DNA of 64,000 bases from Octopus sinensis (taxonomy: Eukaryota): assembly GCF_006345805.1 (NCBI RefSeq), contig NC_043005.1:26288001-26352000 (forward strand), in the 5' to 3' direction. How positions within the stretch are numbered: the stretch's first letter is position 1; every line of letters starts with the position of its first letter. Shown in pieces: positions 38,212 to 50,565 of the stretch. The position numbers and the translations under genes are program-made. The notes beneath the pieces are model-generated. The model saw only the letters and a list, made by a program, of their open reading frames with translations, did not search any database and was not told the DNA's origin.

Positions 38212-38462
38212 GTATGTATATATATATATATATATATGTTCTTTTATTTGTTTCGGTCATTTGACTTCGGCCATACTGGGGCACCGCTTTTGGTCGAACA
38301 AATCGACCGCAGGACTTATTCTTTCTAAGCCTAGTACTCTCATTCTATCGGTTACATAGGCCGAACCGCTAAGTTACGGGGACGTAAATACACCACGTCG
38401 ATTGTTAAGCGGTGGTAGTGGGGACAAACACAGACACACAAACATATGCACACACACATATA

Positions 38463-38498
<36 letters not shown>

Positions 38499-38642
38499 TG
38501 TATGTATGTATGTATGTATAGGCACAAGGCCTATACTCAACTAAAACACACATTCAAAGGGGCCCGGTAAACAGTTGTGCCCCAGAGACCTTAATACTCT
38601 CAGTCCTCCCTGTTATGTATGTGTATATAACGTGTGTGAATA

Positions 38643-38708
<66 letters not shown>

Positions 38709-38996
38709 ATGACACGCAAATTCGTGAAGCGTTCCATATTTTTTTAAAGGCGGTGCTCCAGCATGGCCACAGTCACATGACTGAAACAAGTAAAAGAGTA
38801 TAAAGAGTATAGGAAAGTACACAAAAAAAAAAAACAAAAGTCGAAGACAGGTGGTGTACAAAACAAACAGATGTATTAGTATAACGCTCAGGAATAGAAA
38901 AAGTCTTTTACGTTTCGAGCGTACGCTCTTCTACAGAAAGGGAAACAGAAAAAACAAGGAGAGAAAAAAATGTGTGTAGTGGCTAACGATCTATCT

Positions 38997-39046
<50 letters not shown>

Positions 39047-39903
39047 GGTTATGAGAGGTAATGGTGTCATTGAGACCCAAAGGTGTCAGGTAATGCTGAA
39101 TAAGTGCAATAGATGGACCGCAGTTAAGTTCCAGGTTCGGTGATTATGCGAATAAGGGGTTTAACATTGGTCATATGTCAGCGTGTGTATATAAAATATT
39201 TTTTTCGTAATGAGATAAAAAAAACCAAGGCTGTGTAGATCTTGTGCTTAGAGTAGAAAAGAATCGCTAGCACGCCGAGAGAAATGCTTAGTGGTATTTC
39301 GTCCGTCGCTACGTTCTGAGTTCAAATTCCGTCGAAGTCGACTCTGCCTTTCATCCATTCGGGGTCGATAAATGAAGTACCAGTGAAGAACTGGGGTCGA
39401 TGTAATCGACCTATATTAAAACGGATTCTAACAAGTACATCTGCAACAATGCAATCACCGCCGCCGCCACCATCAAACTACCATCACTATAACGACTATT
39501 ATCTGTACCATCACCACCACTACCACCACCATCACTACCACCACCATCACCATTATCAAACTACAATTACTATCACGACGACCACCACTACCTCACCACC
39601 AACGCCACAAGCTACTACTACCACCCTTACTGCAATTAATGCTTCCATAAGTGCAAAACATGGGATAGCAGTAACGGGAACAACAATAGCAAGAACATCA
39701 ATAAAAACAACTGCTGCGGCAGTAACAACAACAAGCACATTACTAACAACAACTGTCGTACTAAATACAGGAGAACGTTTAAAGTAAATAAACACGTGGG
39801 AAGTTTAGAAAAAACAAACTTGTTTTTCTTGAAAATAAATATAGCATCATCGTCTAAGAAGGAAAAGAAAAGAAAAGCACTTCAGCAGTGTTGTTGCTGT
39901 TGT

Positions 39904-39964
<61 letters not shown>

Positions 39965-39989
39965 GCAACTAATAGTAATAATAAGAATT

Positions 39990-40365
39990 CTTTTATTTGT
40001 TTCAGGCATTTGATTGCGGCCATGCTGGAGCACCGCCTTTCGTCGAGCAAAATTACTATTCCGGAACTTATTCTTTGGAAGCCCAGTACTTATACTATCG
40101 GTTTTCTTTTTGCCGGACTGCTAAGTTACGGGGACGTAAACACACCAGCATCGCTTGTCAAGCGATGTGGGGGGGGGCAAATACAGACACGCACACACAC
40201 ACACGCATATTATATATATATATATATATATATATAAATACAACGGGTTTCTTTCAGTTTCCGTCTACCATATCCACTCAGCTTTGGTCGGCCCGAGGCT
40301 ATGTGGCACCGGGACTGAACCCGGAACCATGTGGTTGGTAAGCAAGCTACTTACCACACAGCCAT
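39990..40365 (-). mobile_element. SINE family A copy
   Basis: Near full-length match to family A. Confidence 0.85.
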
Positions 40366-40587
40366 GATGATGATGATGATAATAATAATAATAATGGTTG
40401 CAAATTTTTGCCATAAGGGCAGCTTGGGGGAGGTGGGGATGAGTCGGTTACATCGACCCCACTGGTAATTATTTTATCGACCCGGAAAGGATGAAAGGCA
40501 AAGTCGACCTTGGCAGAATTTGAGCTCAGAACGTAGCGACGGGCGAAATACGGCTAGTGCACGTGTGTTGTGAGGGTTTTGCGTGTA

Positions 40588-40854
40588 CAGTAATCCCTCG
40601 CCATATCGCGGTTCACCTATTGTGGTTCACCTATCGCGGTTCACATACTGCGGTTTACTATTTAAGCTTACGTTGATTCCTCCGTGGCATTGTTTTGCAT
40701 TTATAATAAAATAAAATATATACAAATTATTAAAATAATATATATTATATATACACACACACACACACAATACAGTACTTTTTCTACTTCGCGGAATTTT
40801 CACCAATCGCGGGGTTTTGGGAACGTAACACCCACGATTATCGAGGGATTACTG
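40588..40854. mobile_element. Tigger/pogo-like MITE
   Basis: TIR cagtaatccctcg/cgagggattactg with TA on the left flank. A related longer copy lies in opposite orientation at 42053-42529. Confidence 0.75.
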
Positions 40855-40889
40855 TGAACAAGACTAACAAAACTATATAAAAAAAAAAG

Positions 40890-41110
40890 AAGGAAATCAA
40901 CAATGGCTGCTCACGGAAAAACCCCATAAAAGCCAAGGATACCCTGACTTTTGGGGCAGATCCATTCACTCGCACCACTCTCGCTACTTCCATCCACCTT
41001 TCAGTAAACTGGTCAGAAGACAACACTTCCCTTTCTGCCCTTATTTTCCTTTATAAGTGAAGCTTGAAGAAGTTGGTCAGGGATTGTCTTCAGCCCCTTC
41101 AATACTGAAT
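40890..41110 (-). mobile_element. L1/Tx1-like ORF2 C-terminal fragment
   Basis: Reads FFKLHL*RKIRAEREVLSSDQFTERWMEVAR, followed by a UTR shared with ~22030-22110. Confidence 0.5.
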
Positions 41111-41743
41111 TGCGTGAAATAATTTTGTTACATTAAAAACATAACCAGCTCAAAAGCGAGCGAATGTAAAGCTAGGCGGGTAGCAACACAAACCTTGTGG
41201 TACGATACCTTCTGACACATGTTCGAGGGGTTATTGATGTGGTTGCGGGCAAACACATATATACCCTTTTGACACCCCTTGATGAAATAAAAAGACATCG
41301 AAGATGTGAGTGCAAAGGAGAGAAAGAGAGAGAGGAGAGAGAGAGAGAGCTTCGCCCTAGTGTTGGTACAACATTCACTGATGAATTGGGCAACGTGAAA
41401 TGAAAAGAAACGAAATAATTTGCTGAAGAAGGACAATGTGATTCAAGTCCAGTGTCACGAATCGAACCGAAGACCTCATATGATCATGAACCGAAAAACA
41501 CCCACCCACCCACCAAGCCACGCACCTTTCAACAATATTTTTAAAGGTGGGCGAAAGGTTATGGGAAAAACGTAAGATGCAAAACAAAAGACAAACAACG
41601 CGGCCTTTCTTTAATCATTCTCTTCAGGATATTTTTTTTCTGAACCAGCAGAGCAGCAGGTAGGTCGGTAAGTAGAATGACTACAATAAACACTGAAAGA
41701 TCAATCAAGAACAGACGTATATCACATACGCAAAGCTGTTTCC

Positions 41744-41803
<60 letters not shown>

Positions 41804-41917
41804 TCTGTAACTTTTTTCTTTGCTTTTTTTTCCCTGAAGCATGTGACTAACATATAGCGTTGCCTGCCTAAATTTCAATGCATGAGTTGGTATGTGGGGA
41901 CGGCCACTGTTGTTTTT

Positions 41918-41961
<44 letters not shown>

Positions 41962-42052
41962 GCAGGTTCGTTTTTGTTGGGTTAATGAATATCTAGGACG
42001 AAGACATATATGTACGTACACACATATATATGCATAAAAGTTTGCGTGTCTA

Positions 42053-42529
42053 CAGTAAAGGCTTCGAATACCGCGGGTGTTACGTTCCAAAACTCCACGC
42101 GATTCGTGAAAATCCGCAAAGTAGAAACAGTACTGTACTGTATATATATATTTTCTCATTTATATATATTTATTTTATTATAAATGCAAAGCAACACCAT
42201 ACGCTCGCCTCCCGAGTTTCGTTTTCCATACAGGATGTGCGATTCTTTGTTTACGGTGCACAGCGTATTTCCTTTTGATATATTTTAATTAATGTGTTAT
42301 ACAGTGCAGTACTGTATTTTTATTTATTGATTTATTCATTTTCTGGCGTGAAAATGCTTATTTTACCACAGAAAGAATTAAAATCTTAAAAAAACATAAG
42401 CACCCATCGGCCGCAGAAACCCGCGATATACTGAGGAGTCCGCGCTATAAATTTACATATATTAGCCAGAAAATTCCGTGATGTACTAAGGGCGCAATAG
42501 GTAAACCACGATGCAGCGAGTGTTTACTG
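42053..42529. mobile_element. Tigger/pogo-like MITE
   Basis: ta|cagtaaag...tttactg ends. Internal similarity to 40588-40854. Confidence 0.65.
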
Positions 42530-43011
42530 TGTGTAAACACACATACAGACACACACGCACATGAAGAGTGAATTCTTGTAACGGTGAACGTCCTAGTTGA
42601 ATCTACAAACCGGTTTCCGTCAACCCAGCTGGAGATCAGAGGTGAGACGGCGCTGTGAGCGAGCTAATATGAAATACTATTATTCATGGAGGCCATAGGT
42701 CGTGCGTTCAATCCTGCTGCAGACATATCATTGTCTTTCTCAGACAAAACACTTTGTTCTATTTTGCCACAGTTCACCGAGGCCATCACACTTACTTTTT
42801 ATCAGAACGTCTGTGGATGTTATCCAAGACGGCCAAACGAGGGGGGTTCGTACATGGTTGCTCGATCTGCAAAACATAGCAGCCCAATTTCCCTTGTATC
42901 AAACGCTAACAAGGTTAAGAAATTCGTTGCAACAACATGGTTCTGATTTCAGTCTCATTGCACAGCACCACGGCAGGTGCCTTTTTCTATAGCCCCGGAC
43001 CAACCAATGCC

Positions 43012-43416
43012 GGATCTTTTCGGTTTCAACGGCAGTTTTTAACATAATTTCTAGGTAACTAAAAAATTTTAAACTTCGTATACTGGTAGAATGTGTTTAT
43101 AAAACATCTTTTTCTCTTTGCTTTATTGAGAAAATTCTATAGTTTGTAAGATATTTGTTGCTTTTTTCTTCAATTTATGCAATTTCAACAAATCAATGAC
43201 GTCCATTGAGGTAAAAAACATCATGTGCCGTATGAATATGTCCCTCGTTTAAGAAACAGATTGGGTTTATTTACATTTCTGAAGAAAAAAAGATACCTTT
43301 CCCTCCACCCCTAACCCCAAAACAGATTGAAATAGATCGATACTAAGGTCATAATTATGGGTGACAATTTCATATGACACCGCTAGAAAAAACTGCCGTT
43401 CAAACCGAAAAGATCC
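43012..43416 (+). mobile_element. GGATC-TIR MITE with 8-bp TSD
   Basis: TIR ggatcttttcggttt(c/g)aacggcagt. TSD CCAATGCC at 43004-43011 and 43417-43424. A second copy lies at 57318-57758. Confidence 0.92.
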
Positions 43417-44426
43417 CCAATGCCTGTTAGTGGATTTGGTACACGGAAACGGAGTAAAATCCTGTCGCGCGCGCACGTGTGTGTGTCCGTGTGTCCACTA
43501 TAGCAGCCTGGTAATCAGTTTTACAGCAAAAGCTAACGATAGAATAAGTATCAGATAAAAAAAAATCAACTACTGGGGTTGATTTTTAGACTAAAACCCT
43601 TCAGGGCGGTGCCCCAGTATGGCCGCAGTCCAATGACTGAAACAAATATAAGATTACATCGGATAATCCATTGTTAGACACATAATATTTGTGAAATAGA
43701 CGAGTCAGTCAAGACTGGAACTATTTTGACGGTAATTCGGTTCAATGAATGCCTAAACAGTAGAGAAATTAACCCTTAAGAGTAGCTGACGTCTTCTCCA
43801 CAATGGGTTTCGGTTTTTATCCACTTCAAATACTACAAAAATAGAATAAAACTGAGCTAAGCACAAGTTGGGAAGAAACACAGGAAATGAGAAGTTTACT
43901 ACGTTCAACCTCTCAAGAAAAACGGGTGACTGTCACAGCCACCAACTCTAAAACTATAAATATTACGAAGTAGGAGCGCTAAACAGTGATATATATATAT
44001 ATATAAACGCACTGTTATTACCAGTTTAAATATGTTTGAGGCACGTTTGGCCTTGTAAATAAGCTATTTACTGTGTTTTGACAAGGGGGGTGAATTTCTC
44101 GATGTAGGCAAATGGTGAACAGACGACGAAGATTAGTTCGCTGCGCCTCCTTTCCAGACAGAGATGCAGCATTTCGTAGTAGTTGTCTCCTCTTCGACCA
44201 GAGACACTGGGCAGGGGGCACTGCGAATTGATGAAAGACAGTGATTCTCTTCTGCTATTCCAGTCAATTTCTTTATTAACCATGAGGTTGAGAAAAAGAG
44301 GGGACGATACGAGGACAGACAAAACAAACATTGGGGTCAGGGTATCGAATGAGGCGAAACATATGAATAAACAAACAATTAAAATATATACAGTTGTGTC
44401 TGGGGAGAGTCATTCTCTTTTAATGC

Positions 44427-44595
44427 CTTATTATTTAACACACGCACCGGTAAAATTTCCACTTATTTTAATTCTCTAAAATTTTCGTTGCGTCTTGCAA
44501 CCTTTTCAATAGTCAAGACTATTGAAAAGTTTGCAAGACGCAACGAAAATAAGGAATAAGTGGAAATTTTACCGGTGAGTGTATTAAATAATAAG
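44427..44595. repeat. Imperfect ~80-bp-arm palindrome (Penelope pLTR-like)
   Basis: Centre aatagtc-aa-gactatt. Contains GTTGC AAGAC GCAAC GAAA, resembling hammerhead stem II, with a degenerate core. Confidence 0.8.
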
Positions 44596-44874
44596 TGTTT
44601 ATTGAGCGAAAACACCTAAAGCTCCGGCAAGGGGTAGTGGCAATCCCTGCTGTACTCTTTCGCCACAACTTTCTCTCACTCTTTCTTCTGTTGGCCTGCG
44701 GGGTGGCGCATTGTGACCAGCGATGTATAGCAACATCTCATAGCCTGGTCGGTCACAGTGATATATGTATATAGTAAATAATAATAAAACGAAGAAAATA
44801 CACAAAAAAACAACAGCGCAAGGATGTGGTACATGTAAAGTATTAGCAGACGCTCAGAGAAGGAAAGAAAGATG

Positions 44875-44909
44875 GTTTAACGTTTCGAGCAGAGCTCTTC
44901 TTCAGAAAC
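44875..44909 (-). ncRNA. Intact minimal type I hammerhead ribozyme motif (second family)
   Basis: The minus strand reads GTTT CTGAAGA A GAGC TCT GCTC GAAACGTT AAAC. Stem I is GTTT/AAAC. Confidence 0.72.
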
Positions 44910-45535
44910 TGGAGAGCCATATAGAAAAGGAAGAATATATATATACATACATATATACGTGTGTGTATGTATGAATGTATGTATACCAAACCGTAATGAC
45001 TAGACCAACCATGGTAGTAACAAATGCAACCACCATCACGATCACAACCACTAATTCCATTACAATAATCGCAGTAACTACCACAACCACAACCACCACC
45101 TATACCACCACAGCAACCACATCCACATCAACAAAAGTAAGAATCACAACAAGAGTGTCACCCTCATCACAGCCACCCCACCCCCGACCGTCACTATCGT
45201 CATTACAGTCAGTCCGGAGCGTGTGTTGTGTATATAGAATCTGTACTAGTGAGGTGATTGGGTGAGAAATGGGTTAACGAAGAAGAGAGGGAAACATAGC
45301 AATGAGGGAATGGAAAAAACAATAATGTGCATATGTGTGTGTGTGTTTATGCGTTTTATCTGTATGAACGCGTTGTACACACACAAACTTATATCTATGT
45401 ATGTATGTATGTATGTATATATATATATATATATATACATATTTGTAAGTGCTTGTATCCGATAGACATAGTATTTGTGTGTATGTATACGTTTGTGTGG
45501 CGTATGTAGTTGATTTATATTATTTATAAATATAA

Positions 45536-45589
<54 letters not shown>

Positions 45590-46442
45590 ATGTGTGTGTT
45601 GTTAAGTCAATTTATAAACAAAAGAATGGTTAAAGTTCTACTTTAATGTAAATGAATGAAGTGTCAAATAATCGTAGTTGAGAGGAGAAGGTGGCTGTAG
45701 GAAGAGGTGGCAGTAGGAAGACGTGGCAGTAGGAGGAGGGAGTAGTACTAGTAAAAGTAGCAGGAGGTGGGGGAGGAAAATGTCGTAGTAAGAGAGGGGT
45801 AGGAAACTTGACTGAAACATTATCACTTGAAATCATAAGGGTTTTTTTTATTTATTTAATGGTGACGATGGCGATGGTGGTGGTGGTTGTTACGAAGCCA
45901 ATTGACTGCCCTCATTGAGCGCGTATGACCAAATGCATTCTAACCGTGCCCATCCTGGGCCAACGTGTCCTTGACATGTCACGCAAGCCGTGCGCGTTGT
46001 ATGCACGAACATACGCGTAGGTTTGTAGAAGTTGTGTTACGATCCGGGGAAGCAGCTCACGATACAAATGTAACGGGTTAAGACGCCAGTCCAAGGGGCC
46101 CTGCGCAACCTGTTCGCCACACATCTCTGATCAAGCCAGGTCTGATTTCTCTGAAGAAGAAGCAGAATGTATGGTGTGGAAACTACAGAGTGACGGGCAG
46201 CCGGACCTCCTTAAATAAACTATATATATATATATTTTGTCGGACTAACGATTAAGGATTGTGCTCGTGTGTGCGCGTCAGGCGATGGAATTTCCACTCC
46301 AGTCAGTAAGTTCACTGAACTCTCTAAATTGTGTGCGTGCGCGTGAGTGCGTGTATGGAATACACACGCACGCTCATACATACATATATACATACATACA
46401 TGAATGCATATATATAATATATATATACATATATATTATACA

Positions 46443-46570
46443 CAGGGTGTCCCCCAAAAATGTATACACACCTTAAATAATGTAAATTTGTTATTCTTTG
46501 TAAGCCTAGTACTTATTCTATCGTTCTCTTTTGCCGAACCACTATGTGTATACATTTTTTGGGGACACCC

Positions 46571-46572
<2 letters not shown>
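46443..46572. mobile_element. Tc1/mariner-type MITE whose interior is a SINE-A fragment
   Basis: ~28-bp TIR cagggtgtcccccaaaaatgtatacaca. The interior ttattctttgtaagcctagtacttattctatcg...ttttgccgaacc matches SINE-A. Confidence 0.75.
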
Positions 46573-46606
<34 letters not shown>

Positions 46607-46789
46607 ACGGGAAGGTTTACGAAAATAAACAAAAGACGAGGCTAGGTGGAGTACAAACAAACAAATGAATTAGTATAGCGCTCAGGAATAGAAATAGAAA
46701 AAGTCTTTTACGTTTCGAGCCTACGCTCTCCAACAGAAAGATACACAGAAAAAAAAACAAGAGAGAAAAAATGCGTGTAGGAGCTAACG

Positions 46790-46844
<55 letters not shown>

Positions 46845-46885
46845 TATATATTACCACATATATATATATATATATATATACTTGA

Positions 46886-47075
46886 TTTTAAGCAGCAGAA
46901 AATTCAACAAAATCTGTTACTCTGAGTTTCTCGTTGCCGTTCATCAGACAGTTTTTGCTAGAATGGAACTGATATATCAATTGATATATCAGTTCCATTC
47001 TAGCAAAAACTGTCTGATGAACGGCAACGAGAAACTCAGAGTAACAGATTTTGTTGAATTTTCTGCTGCTTAAAA
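46886..47075. repeat. Perfect 190-bp palindrome (95-bp arms, no spacer) with a hammerhead on each strand
   Basis: Arms checked as exact reverse complements about 46980/46981. The hammerhead CTGT CTGATGA ACG GCAA CGA GAAAC TCAGA GTA ACAG lies at 47010-47047 (+) and 46914-46951 (-). Confidence 0.95.
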
Positions 47076-47194
47076 AAAGCATATTACTCTACCACTGGTA
47101 TTTGAGTACTCTTTTTCCCCTTGTTTCACATTTATGTGTTTACTCCGGTATATATATATATATATATTATATATATATATATATATACTCTTTT

Positions 47195-47385
47195 ACTCTT
47201 ACTTGTTTCAGTCATTTGACTGCGGCCATGCTGGAGCACCGCCTTTAGTCGAGCAAATCGACCCCGGGACTTATTCTATGTAAGCCCAGTACTTATTCTA
47301 TCGGTCTCTTTTGCCGAACCGCTAATTTACGGGAACGTAAACATACCAGCACCGGTTGTCAAGCGATGTATATCCATGAATCTAT

Positions 47386-47418
<33 letters not shown>

Positions 47419-47582
47419 CGACGGGCTTCTTTCAGTTTCCGTTTTCCAAATCCATCCACAAGGATTTGGTCGGCCCGAGGCTATAGTACAAGACACTTGC
47501 CCAGGGTGCCATACAGTCGGACTGAACCCGAAACCTTATGATTGGTAAGCAAGCTACTTACCACACAGCCACTCCTGCGCCT
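47195..47582 (-). mobile_element. SINE family A copy
   Basis: Near full-length match to family A. Confidence 0.88.
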
Positions 47583-47599
47583 ATATATATATATATATA

Positions 47600-48860
47600 T
47601 ATTTGTTTTAGCAGATTACCTTAAGCCTTTTTCGTATCGATATTACCCTTTTAATATGAGTTTATATCAAACGAATATAAGACATCGTATGCAAAAGGGA
47701 CTTTTCAACAATGGACGGCGTATGAAATGTTCGTTCTGTCTAAGGAAACGAAGCTTTGTGTGTTCCGACATACCACCATCGATGATTTTGGCTGGTTTCG
47801 TTCAGGAAATTTTTCTCTTGCAGTTTCCCTTCGAGCGGGACAACCAAGTTCTGTCAATAGTGAACCTTTGAAAACCATGATTTAGGAAAATCCAAAGCAA
47901 ATTGCACGAGAATTAGCAAAACAGGGCAATTCAAGTCACCCTTCGATTATAAAACAATTTTAAAGAAACATGGAAAAGTGTCTAAACTTAGTCATTGGTT
48001 GTCCTCTGTACCTCATTGAGAAACAAACTTGCGACCGAACCTATCCTGGGTCCTCTATAATTGCATCTAACGAAAATGACAATGGAGTATAGATTTTTGG
48101 CAACGTAACATGGCAGTCCTGGTTTACGACTAATGTTGCTGTAATTTAGCCCCAGGAGACATCGTCTCCAGCTGGCTATACGACACGATCTGTGTCCTTA
48201 TATTTTCGAACAAGGGAATCTAGCACCCCAACTCAGCACAAAACAATATCTGTGTATCGCGATTTCCGGATTATTTCCCTTCATCAGCACAGAATAATCG
48301 TTACGGCTAGAGGTGGCGCTGCCAAATTCCCGTTCGAAATATATAGTTTTCAAAGTGACAATATAAGGACACAGATCGTGTCGTATAGCCAGCTGGAGAA
48401 GATGTCTCCTGGGGCTAAATTACAGCAACATTCGTCCTAAACCAGGAGTGCCATGTTAGGTTTGCAAAAATCTTTACTTCAGAGTACTGTTGCTGAATAT
48501 CTCTCGTTGTGAAATTTAAGAATAGTAATTTTCGAAAACGGTAATGTTTAACACTCAATATTGACCAAAACATTACGATACTAAATATGGAACTTTCGTC
48601 TCATCCTTCTTACTCTCTTGACCTTACCCCGTTTGATTACCATCTTTTGAGATTGTTCCAACATTATTTAAAGGGAAGACAGATTCTGAATTGGGATGAG
48701 GTTAAAAAATGATATGAAGTGTTTCTTTGCGTCCAGATCAATTTACCGAAGAGATTGATAACATCTTATCAATAATAACAAGGGGAAATATTATCTTTGA
48801 TTAGAATATATTAAGATCAAAGAAACATTTGTTTCTTTCCCATCTTGAAACGCTACAAGA
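47600..48860 (+). mobile_element. Decayed mariner transposase, internally deleted and interrupted by a foldback element
   Basis: Reads FRSGNFSL...GQPSSVNSEPLKTMI*ENPKQIARELAKQ at the 5' side and SHPSYSLDLTPFDYHL (YSPDLAPSDY motif) at the 3' side. Confidence 0.8.
48085..48479. mobile_element. Foldback/MITE with ~120-bp inverted terminal repeats
   Basis: 48085-48204 is a near-perfect reverse complement of 48360-48479. No clear TSD. Confidence 0.8.
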
Positions 48861-48962
48861 CTTTCTTTTCAACAATGAAAGAATTGATTAATGAACGTAG
48901 ATAGATTACATAGTCTTGTATTTCATCTGTTCTCTTCCAACAACACACAATAGCTACGCGTG

Positions 48963-48999
<37 letters not shown>

Positions 49000-49199
49000 A
49001 GACAGAGTCGTTAACGCGTCGAACAGAAAAGCTTGGAGGTATTCAATTATTCCGACTCACTGGGCTCCGAGTTCACATCCTATCCAAGCCTTTCGTGCTT
49101 ACCGTTTCGCCACGCCAGTCCGCCAGGGCGGCGAATTGGTGGACGAATAACGAAGTGGACCAGGTGACTTGTGGTATTCGTTCCGTCTCTTCACACACA

Positions 49200-49265
49200 C
49201 ACATATACACACATAATAGTGCGGCTTTGGTAGACGGAAACTGAAAGAAGCCCGTCGTATATATG

Positions 49266-49336
<71 letters not shown>

Positions 49337-50270
49337 ATATATGTGTGTGTATATATATATACATATGTATGTATGTGTGTGAATATGTTTGCGTGTCTAT
49401 GTTTGTCCCCCTAGCACCGCTTGACAACCGATGCTAGTGTGTTTACGTCCCCGTAACTTAGCGGCTCGGCAAAAGAGAGACCGATAGAATAAGTACTAGG
49501 CTTACAAAGAATAAGTCCTGGGGGTGTCGATTTGCTCGACTAAAGGCGGTGCTCCAGCATGGCCGCAGTCAAATGACTGAAACGAGTAAAAGACATATAT
49601 CCGACTTTTGATATTAGTAACAAACAGATGAAAGCCGTGCGAGAGAGCAAACAGCCGCATACATGCCACTTTTGCGTCCAATACACACACATACACACAC
49701 ACACACCAATGACAAAGCATGTTGCCTATTAAAGCACACCTCTCCACTTCTTCGCTCAGCTGATTAAAGAGAGAGGGGGGACGAGAGCGAAAGCACATAC
49801 CACAACCATTAGCAACATATGCCATCAGTGTACCCCCAGCCCATACCGCACCACGCCCCACACGCAATCCCCCCGCCCGCCCGCCCGCCTCCCGTCCCCA
49901 CAACCGTCGAGCCAACAGAAACGGCTGTCCTCTCCCCCTCCGTCCCCCGTCCCCTATCAAGCCGCGTGGTCGGCAAAAAAGAAATAACAGCCAAATCTTG
50001 CTCAGATCTTTTTAACTCTGCCCTACCACAGTATCTTTTTATATTCTCTTACTTGCTTCATCAGTCATTTGACTGCGGGCCATGCTGCAGCACCACCGCC
50101 TTATACGGGGTTTTAGTCGGAGAAATCGACCCCGGAACTTATTCTTTGTAAGCCTATTATTACTTATTCTCTCGGTCACTTTTGCCGAACCGCTAGGTGA
50201 CGTGGACGTAAACACACCAACATCGGTTGTCAAGCGATGGTATGGGGACAAACACAGACACAAACAACAA

Positions 50271-50322
<52 letters not shown>

Positions 50323-50500
50323 ATATATATATATATACGACGGGCTTCTTTCAGTTTCCGTCTACCAAATCCACTCACAAGGCTTTTGTCGACCCGAGGC
50401 TATAGCAGAAGACACTTGCCCAATGGGCTACACAGTGGGACTGAACCCGGAACCATGTGATTGGGAAGCAAGCTTCTTATTACACAGCCACTCCTGCGCC
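49200..50500. mobile_element. Convergent SINE-A copies (~49200-49592 +, ~50040-50500 -) flanking a GC-rich tract
   Basis: Match to family A. Confidence 0.8.
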
Positions 50501-50527
50501 TATATATATATATATTATATATATATA

Positions 50528-50565
<38 letters not shown>

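Noticed and set aside
44018-44331. Unique-looking minus-strand ORFs considered as the missing midnolin first exon
   Set aside because: No Ubl N-terminal motif in any frame and no suitable phase-2 donor.
45888-46290. Possible solo LTR (TGTTAC start, AATAAA near end)
   Set aside because: No matching TSD, clear CA end or second copy in the window.
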